DNA of 14,483 bases, taken from NCBI GenBank assembly GCA_043228905.1, contig JBHGNT010000867.1, forward strand, positions 1-14,483, given 5' to 3'. Below, one piece after another: positions 9,385 through 14,483 of this stretch. The position numbers and the translations under genes are program-made. Position 1 is the first letter of the stretch. Each line of letters starts with the position of its first letter. Below the pieces are notes generated by a model. The model did no database searches. It was not told where the DNA came from and saw nothing but the letters and a program-made list of their open reading frames with translations. The DNA is from Azolla caroliniana. Lineage: Eukaryota > Plantae > Polypodiophyta.

Positions 9385-10412
9385 ATCATCCTATATGTGG
9401 ATGATCTGGTCATTGGAGGTGAAAGTCTAGTCGACATCAACAAGGTGAAGTCCCTTCTCTCCAACAAATTCGAGATGACGGACATGAAGGAGCTCCATTA
9501 CTTCCTTGGCATCGAGGTAATTCGGACTCCAGTCGGTATTATGATCTCCCAACGGCACTACATCCTCAACTTGTTATACAAGTTCGGAATGACTGAGTGT
9601 AAATATGTGGCAACCCCTCTCGATTGAAACCTCAAATTGGATGCCAACTCCGGCACAAAAGAATGTGAGTCGACTCAGTACTGACAACTAATCGAGAGCC
9701 TCATCTATCTCACGATCACTCGACCCGACCTTAGTTATGCAGTCGGCCTCCTTAGCCAAATTATGCAAACTGCATGACTCTATAAGTTGGCCACGCCAAT
9801 TCAACTTGAAGGGTACACAGATGCCGACTGGGCAACGACGAAGCCGATTGACGATCAACCTCTAGTTTTGTCTTCTCCCTCGAAAGTGGAGCCATCTCCT
9901 GGAGTAGCAAGAAGCAACCAGCCCTCTCTCTTTCGAGCACAGAGGCCGAATACAGGAGTGTGGTGGTGGTTGCATGTGAAGCCATATGGCTCAAGAGGAT
10001 ATTGAAGGATCTGGGTGTTCCCATCAAAGATCTGATTCCCCTTTACTGTGACAACATGAGCAATATTCATTTGGCTCAGAACCCCATGTTCCACGCACGC
10101 ACGAAGCATATCGAAGTGGACTATCACTTCATTCGAGAGCGCATTTAGGTTGGAGATGTCGACCTTCAACACGTCAGCACGAATCTTTAGACAACCGACA
10201 TCTTCACAAAAGCCCTAAGAGCTGACAAGCTTCGACAATTCATGTCAAACATTGGATTGACGATCCCTAACTTGCCAAGCTTGAGGGGGAGTACGCTGAA
10301 CCGGGTATCAGCCGAAACAAACACCAAACAAGAGAGAACCGAATACCGTTTAAACCGGGTACCAACCGAAGTGGATAAGCCGACCAAAGTTGAGCTTGAT
10401 GGGGCTTGTTGA
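9385..10412 (+). pseudogene. pol: RT C-terminal half and RNase H of host element C
   Basis: YVDD (9394-9405), KFEMTDMKELHYFLGIEV, EGYTDADWA, EAEY, HARTKHIEVDYHFIRE and DIFTKAL. Contains stops, a frameshift and an internal deletion near 9772 (the KRILRY segment present in B is missing). Confidence 0.93.
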
Positions 10413-10784
10413 GAATCAAGCTCAACCTAGTCTAATGTGTGAACACACCCTTGAGAGTGTATGAACACTCAAAGGTCAAAAGTAACACCACTACTCTCTA
10501 CACATTAACTATGTGTCATAGAATCATATTCTATGACATAACTAATGAGTTTCCACATTCCCCATGACTCATGAGCTTTGGTAGTTAATGAAGAGAGAGA
10601 GATACTATATAAAGCACTCTCCTCCTACTTTGTAACATGTTGGTTAATCTCCTTTGTAATATACAATCTTCTTGAGTATTGTCTATTGTCCATTCTATCT
10701 ATCTTGTGTTTCTCTCCTCTCCTCTCCCCCCTCTCTCTCTCTCACACACACATAACACACATCTCTAACCTATTCCGTTGCACA
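10407..10784 (+). repeat. 3' LTR of host element C (~378 bp; right end approximate)
   Basis: Starts tgttgagaatcaagctcaac like LTR B, after a degenerate PPT gatggggct. TATATAAA at 10606-10613, CT-rich U5, and an end ttccgttgcaca similar to B's ttcgtttttgca. The partner LTR is outside the window. Confidence 0.8.
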
Positions 10785-11208
10785 AGAATCGCCATTGATT
10801 CTTTACAATTTCAAAACAATCAACCATTTTATATCATTCGATAAAATGTTGTGTAAATCTGTTACATATCGTTGCACAAAATATACATTTAGGAGTTATT
10901 TGCATCATTGTGATCACTACTTTCATAAGAGTCACAACTATAGCTAATATACAATCGTGACTCTTCCTCCTCATTTTCAAATGTACCGATCAGAGCATTG
11001 TCATTATCTAAAACCAAATGGAGTCTCCAAATTATGTGCACTAAATCAAGTTCGCCTTCAATCTAAGACACCTTCTAGACTTGGTAATTTCTCTTTTATT
11101 ATGTCTATCGTTGACTTCCTTAAATGTCCAACTTTTGTTAGTGTATAGTCATACACAATGATATCCACCAGAGTTTTGCTCATTTTGTCATCCTTGGTCC
11201 CACGCAAA

Positions 11209-11978
11209 TGTTTTTGTCGAACGAACATTAGTAGAAGGAAAGTCAAAGACCATTCCGATCGGACGAGCTGAAAAGGCAAAATCCAAAGAATCAAAATACC
11301 GAAATGCTGAAGACACGACACTAAGCGAGGATACCGACTGGAGAAGAGACTATCGAGGGGTGAACGAACCGGAAGACATATCGAGGATCCAGTGAGGAGC
11401 ACAGGAACAAGTGTGAGCAGGAAGCAAATGATCGACTAGAGGCCGAGAGTTGGAATCGAACACGAGCCGATCCGAACAAATGAGCCAATTCGGACGAAAT
11501 TTGATCCAAACCAGTCGATCCGACCGACTCAAACAAGCCGACCCGGATAAATAGCCGAATTAGGCTAGAGCCCGACTTTACCTTTGCAAGTTTGGCCAAA
11601 TGCCAACAATCTTGAATGTATACTTGTAACTATATATTAGATTTGTAATCTAGCTTCACAGGGGAGATAACCCCAATTACTTGTATACATAGGAAAGAGT
11701 AGCCCCTTTTACGAGGTAGTTTGTTGGCATAAAAGGCTGGCTTCGGACTCCTTCCACTTTGTATCCTTAGTGTGAACACATTCTCTAGTTAGGGCTTGAG
11801 TATATGAGCTCAAACCTAACATTGTAAATGATATCTTGGAGTAAAAAGAGTTACAAAGAAGAGAATAAGAAAGAACTTCCATTGAAGCTAAATACGTGTC
11901 TATCGTCTACCTTTCTCCTTTTTGTTGTTACATATTTGTGTTGTTTAATGTACACATCTTACCTTGCAGGTCCTCACA
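11209..11978. mobile_element. Probable LTR relic or solo LTR (boundaries uncertain)
   Basis: TG start candidates at 11209 and 11215, a CCGA/TCGA-rich purine-biased U3-like block, TATA-like cataaaag at ~11728, and an end-like ggtcctcaca at 11978. No TSD found. Confidence 0.4.
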
Positions 11979-12140
11979 TCTTCTTCTACATTTTATTATC
12001 AACACAGAGCACTTTATATACTAGCCCCTGATAGTGGGATGACACAAGTACTAACTAGTACTTTAATGCTCACTTATGAGCTCTGACACTAAATAGCCTA
12101 TTATATTCCTATTACTAAAATAGGAATGTAGGCCCTAACA
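11979..12140 (-). mobile_element. Possible 5' part of another short LTR
   Basis: Minus strand starts TGTTAGGGCC at 12140, with short palindromes and TATATAAAG near 12020-12012. No partner or TSD. Confidence 0.3.
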
Positions 12141-12157
12141 GCCTGTCGGCTCCCAAG

Positions 12158-12579
12158 CCATCCGCCGTACACAGCTCGTCCGCAGCCGATCTGGCTTTTG
12201 GCTCCTACAACTAATCCGACGTTCGGCTTCTTTAACCAACTTGGCCTTTCAGCCTCTAGTCGATTCGACTCATGTTGAGCTTGTCACTCAACACATACAT
12301 ACGTACATACGTACGTACATATAACACTATGCGCATGATGTGCCTAAAACATGGGGGGTCTTGAAACAAACCCATTCGCCGTACACAGCTTGTCGGCAGC
12401 CAATTTGGCATTCGGCTCCTACAACTGATCCGATGTTCGATTTCTTCAGCCAACTCGGCCTTTCAGCCTCTAGTCGATTCGACTCATGTTGAGCTTGTCA
12501 CTCAACACATACATACATACATACATATAACACTATGCGCATAATGTGCCTAAAACATGGGGGGTCTTGAAACAAACCC
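12158..12579. repeat. Tandem duplication of a ~210-bp unit
   Basis: Unit 1 is 12158-12373 and unit 2 is 12372-12579. Both end catggggggtcttgaaacaaaccc and contain a (TACA/TACG)n tract of different length. Confidence 0.93.
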
Positions 12580-12898
12580 GAAACCTGGTGTGGAGGAAGC
12601 ATGATTAACAAGATGATTAGTTACAAGCTCCTTAGAGCTACTATAATTAATGAGAGTGGGAGGAGAGCATTTGTAAATCAGGGAATGATAAAAAATGAGG
12701 AGAAACTCCTCCATCTATAGGCCAAGGGGTGGATGTTGGGCTCCCTTAGCGTTAGGCAACGATGTGGCTATTGGGCCCCCCTCGTGTGGTTGAACGTTGG
12801 TATTTCTGTAGCAGGGTCTGGTTTTGGGTATTTCCTGAGTTAGTTCCAACTTAGGTTGGGATGGGTAACCCCAACCCAAGGGTGGGTGGATCTAACCC

Positions 12899-12925
12899 CT
12901 TCTTCTTCTTCTTCTTCTTCTTCTT
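12899..12925. repeat. (CTT)9 microsatellite
   Basis: Direct reading. Confidence 0.95.
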
Positions 12926-13013
12926 TGGGCCAAACTAATTGGGATTGGGATTGGGACTGGTTCTCTCTTCGTGGGACCGTCCCAAACTCCTTCTTAATTA
13001 TATCAATATATAT
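12926..13013 (+). promoter_or_regulatory. Putative MSH2 core promoter (site II/TCP motifs, TATA-like)
   Basis: TGGGCC at 12926, GTGGGACC (class I TCP consensus GTGGGNCC) at 12971, and TATATAT at 13007-13013, all 330-420 bp upstream of the ATG. Confidence 0.4.
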
Positions 13014-13155
13014 GCTCCATGGGGACGGACTCCTCCTTCTCCCAACTCCTTTCGTTTTGGGACTTCTTCTTCAGTCCGTTCTGGCGTTCCATTTGGGACT
13101 TTCACTCTTTTTTGGGTTGGGACACCACCAAGTAAGTTACCAACCACACTGCGCT

Positions 13156-13158
<3 letters not shown>

Positions 13159-13194
<36 letters not shown>
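13159..13194. repeat. (TC)18 microsatellite in the MSH2 leader
   Basis: Direct reading. Confidence 0.97.
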
Positions 13195-13197
<3 letters not shown>

Positions 13198-13256
13198 CTT
13201 CTTTTACATACATACATACATTCATACTCTACTCTCTACTCTCTGCTCCCGCCAAC

Positions 13257-13276
13257 AAACAAACAAACAAACAAAC
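13257..13276. repeat. (AAAC)5 microsatellite
   Basis: Direct reading. Confidence 0.93.
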
Positions 13277-13342
13277 ATGCATGCACTTCCTTCTTTTTCT
13301 CCTCGCCTTTCGTGTCTTCTCCGTCTTTGATTCTATCCAGCC

Positions 13343-13412
13343 ATGGCGCCTCCAGCAGACGAACCCACTGATCAAATCGACGAATCTTCCAAGCTCCCTG
13401 ACCTCAAGCTAG
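13343..13412 (+). CDS. MSH2: DNA mismatch repair protein MSH2, coding exon 1
   Basis: ccATGG context; MAPPADEPTDQIDESSKLPDLKL plus G, then donor AG|GTATTG (phase 1). The spliced product KLPDLKLDAKQVRGFISFFRKLTEDEQIVRFFDRK matches my recollection of the Arabidopsis MSH2 N-terminus (KLPELKLDAKQAQGFLSFYKTLPNDTRAVRFFDRK). Confidence 0.92.
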
Positions 13413-13419
13413 GTATTGT

Positions 13420-13422
<3 letters not shown>

Positions 13423-13470
<48 letters not shown>
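13423..13470. repeat. (CA)24 microsatellite in MSH2 intron 1
   Basis: Direct reading; begins 10 nt after the donor site. Confidence 0.97.
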
Positions 13471-13474
<4 letters not shown>

Positions 13475-13695
13475 TGTATGTATTCTAAATACAGCACTAT
13501 ATATATAAGTTTTAGGGTTACATTATATGCTTGTATATGTATACACGATGTATGTGCATAAAACATAAATAATTCTCGTTTTCATAATAATTTATATATT
13601 GCATGCATTTATATCTAGATAGTTGTGTAGAGCTAGTTCGTCTTTCTTGCTAGTCTGATATCTGCAAAATGCATGATTTTTTTGCTTATTTGCAG

Positions 13696-13745
13696 ATGCT
13701 AAACAAGTAAGAGGATTCATTAGTTTTTTCCGTAAGCTTACAGAG
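13696..13745 (+). CDS. MSH2: MSH2 coding exon 2
   Basis: Acceptor tttgcag; (D)AKQVRGFISFFRKLTE; donor GAG|GTAAAA; phase matches exon 1. Confidence 0.92.
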
Positions 13746-13890
13746 GTAAAAAGATCTTGAATTTGTTGTTTCAGTATATATATTTATGTGTATACATGCA
13801 TGCATGCATACATAACTTTCAATATGCATTTTTGGGCGCCTTTTCCTGCATTTTTCATAGCTCATACTATTTTTCTTGTTAAAAATGCAG

Positions 13891-13923
13891 GATGAACAGA
13901 TTGTTCGATTCTTTGACCGGAAG
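13891..13923 (+). CDS. MSH2: MSH2 coding exon 3 (gene continues beyond the window)
   Basis: Acceptor atgcag; DEQIVRFFDRK; donor AAG|GTGAAT. The expected next peptide (DYYTAHG-like) is not in the window, so intron 3 probably runs off the edge. Confidence 0.92.
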
Positions 13924-14483
13924 GTGAATGATTTTTAGTTTATCTTTCTCTTATTGAATGTCTCCTGATCTTTCTATCGAATTGTTCATAGTAATCCAAT
14001 GGATGAAAAATTTATGTACTGGCCCGATACTTGAAAACTTATGCACTGGTTCATTGCCTAATGGGTGAAAAAAATCAGCTCCAATTCATTTAAAATTGAT
14101 CCAAATCCATGAATATTTATTTATTTGCTCATTTTTCTGAATCATATCTTTGAGCCTAAATATGGCACATTTAGAAAATAAGTATTACCATCTCTGATCC
14201 AATATGTTCTTAAAAGAACATTACTTGGGAATTGACAGGGTAGATCTACAACTAATTAATTTCTTAGAGCATTCTTCTGGAATAAACCGGGTAGAACTAC
14301 ACTTAAAAATTTCTGAAATGTTTAAAAGATTGTGGCATTCTCTCTTATCTTTCTTTTGCGAAGAGCCTAAAATCCATACATATACTGAAGTAAAGAAAAT
14401 TGTGATTTACTGCTTTAATGTGATTTCAAAGGTTTTATAAGCTCACTGCATGTTGTAAACAAGTTGCGACTTGCACACCAGTT

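Noticed and set aside
10776-10879. cgttgcacaa repeated at 10776 and 10870 as an alternative end of LTR C
   Set aside because: It is only 10 bp and cannot be tested without the 5' LTR or TSD; the first copy follows the CT-rich U5 and fits better.
13245-13255. E2F site (ctcccgccaa) upstream of MSH2
   Set aside because: It is an imperfect match to TTTSSCGS and lies inside the putative leader intron; too weak to call.
12856-13566. ORFs 12856-13371, 12939-13412, 12998-13225 and 13372-13566 as genes
   Set aside because: They are low-complexity translations of microsatellites (SLSL, ERER, CVCV) overlapping the MSH2 leader and intron.
14204-14440. 78-aa ORF with a degenerate ~51-bp internal duplication (14228 and 14279)
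   Set aside because: It shows no similarity to the expected next MSH2 peptide; this is AT-rich intron 3 sequence with an old local duplication.

Overview
Land-plant nuclear DNA with two parts. (1) Positions 1-~10784 are a three-element nest of decayed Ty1/copia LTR retrotransposons. The oldest element (C, + strand; pieces at 3331-3531 and 9385-~10784) was hit twice inside its reverse transcriptase. One insert is a Tnt1/Tork-like element (A, - strand, <1-3330) that has lost its PBS and gag. The other is a structurally complete relative of C (B, + strand, 3532-9384) with both LTRs, a tRNA-iMet PBS, a PPT and an ATCAT target-site duplication. (2) After more LTR-like relics and a ~210-bp tandem duplication, the window ends in the promoter and first three coding exons of the mismatch-repair gene MSH2 (ATG at 13343), flanked by long microsatellites. 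The most unusual signal is a 3' architecture shared by B and C: two PPT copies, a pol frame running past RNase H to the LTR, and a same-length stem-loop over the PPT/U3 junction. I see no sign of a prokaryotic system, CRISPR array or RNA gene.
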